NCBI GenBank assembly: GCA_051892935.1
Contig: JBJFGS010000025.1
Coordinates: 85,346 to 149,345, forward strand
Reading direction: 5' to 3'
Origin: Candidatus Coprovivens sp.
GTDB taxonomy: Bacteria; Bacillota_I; Bacilli_A; RF39; UBA660
DNA length: 64,000 nt
The position numbers were made by a program, and so were the translations under genes. Positions 63,410 to 64,000 of the stretch are shown here, in pieces. The notes below the pieces were generated by a model. That model made no database searches, had not been told where the DNA came from, and was given only the letters and a program-made list of their open reading frames with translations. Positions within the stretch are counted from its first letter, which is position 1; each line of letters opens with the position of its first letter.

Positions 63410-63572
63410 GGTAAAGACGGATTATATCAGGCACTTCGAGTGCGTTTTTATGAATGTCTTCCATATAATTATTTATTAATTCGGTTGTAGATAATGGAAA
63501 CTAACAAAATTGTTAGAGTTCGGATGATTAAGCGTGTAGGAATATAGGTAATTCAATATGGTGTTAACCGAA
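63410..63572 (+). ncRNA. Putative IS110 bridge RNA
   Basis: Stem AAGAC(63414-18)/GTCTT(63456-60) encloses an internal loop capped by GCAC-TTCGA-GTGC; loop strand ATTATATCA equals the host flank at 63325-63333. A second domain is closed by TTCGGTT/AACCGAA. RNA boundaries are approximate. Confidence 0.72.
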
Positions 63573-63594
63573 ATTTTAACGAAAGGAGAAATTT

Positions 63595-64000
63595 ATGAAA
63601 CATATTTTAAGTTTTGATATTGCTAAAGGAAAAAGTGTTTATTGTTTGATTGATGAACTAAAAAATATTATTATTGAACCTACTTTAATTGAACACAACA
63701 AAATTGAATTTGATAATTTATTTAATCTAGTCAAAGATTATCTTAACTTAATCGTTGTGATGGAATCTACTTCTATTTATCATTTACCTGTAGAAAATTA
63801 TTTTAGATCTAAAGCTATTGATACCATTATTATGAATCCTAAACTTGTTAAACAATTTAAAGACACTTTAAATAAATCTAAAACAGATAAATTAGATTGT
63901 TTTAAAATTGCTAGATGTTATTTAGGTACTATTGATAATTTCTATTATAAAAACGATGAGTATTTTATGTATAACCCACTTGCTAGACAATATTGGTCAT
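63595..64000 (+). CDS. IS110-family recombinase/transposase (partial)
   Basis: GAAAGGAG RBS; MKHILSFDIAKGKS..VVMESTSIYH..MNP..KSKTDKLDCFKIA contains the RuvC-like D-E-D-D residues. Not in the ORF track because it runs off the edge. Confidence 0.9.
   Translation, partial: MKHILSFDIAKGKSVYCLIDELKNIIIEPTLIEHNKIEFDNLFNLVKDYLNLIVVMESTSIYHLPVENYFRSKAIDTIIMNPKLVKQFKDTLNKSKTDKLDCFKIARCYLGTIDNFYYKNDEYFMYNPLARQYWS

Larger units (their letters stand above)
63332..64000 (+). mobile_element. IS110-family element: left non-coding end plus the 5' part of the recombinase gene
   Basis: About 260-bp non-coding left end starting at a CA core (63332-63333), followed by TATAAT, then a DEDD recombinase ORF. Confidence 0.85.

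Overview
Very AT-rich chromosomal segment of a Firmicute (Bacilli). Gene content and style suggest an RF39/Mollicutes-related lineage using the standard code (inference). Both window edges fall inside IS elements: an IS3/IS150-type element at left and an IS110-type element at right. The backbone follows the Bacillus-like queA-tgt-yrbG-spoVB-comN-relA-dtd-hisS-aspS-6S-tcdA-rarA order, with asnS/gatCAB, uvrC, trxA, rnhC, holA and def, and lineage-specific accessory genes are interleaved. Non-coding elements read from the sequence are a dif site (9075-9102) near xerD, 6S RNA, a T-box leader, and an IS110 left end with a recognisable bridge-RNA target-binding loop. Main points of interest: (1) the IS110 bridge RNA appears programmed against the sigma-A extended -10 promoter motif, and the element sits in such a promoter; (2) a helically phased array of five CGAGAT-N22-ATCTCG units inside an 11-bp inverted repeat next to dif; (3) a translationally coupled four-gene AAA-ATPase module that includes an unannotated LPxWxIEPP micro-protein; (4) a 2331-aa repeat protein with ART-like and PI3/4K/HipA-like modules; (5) lesions in spoVB and in a GH25-LysM gene. 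All family assignments come from motif recognition by eye; no database searches were run.
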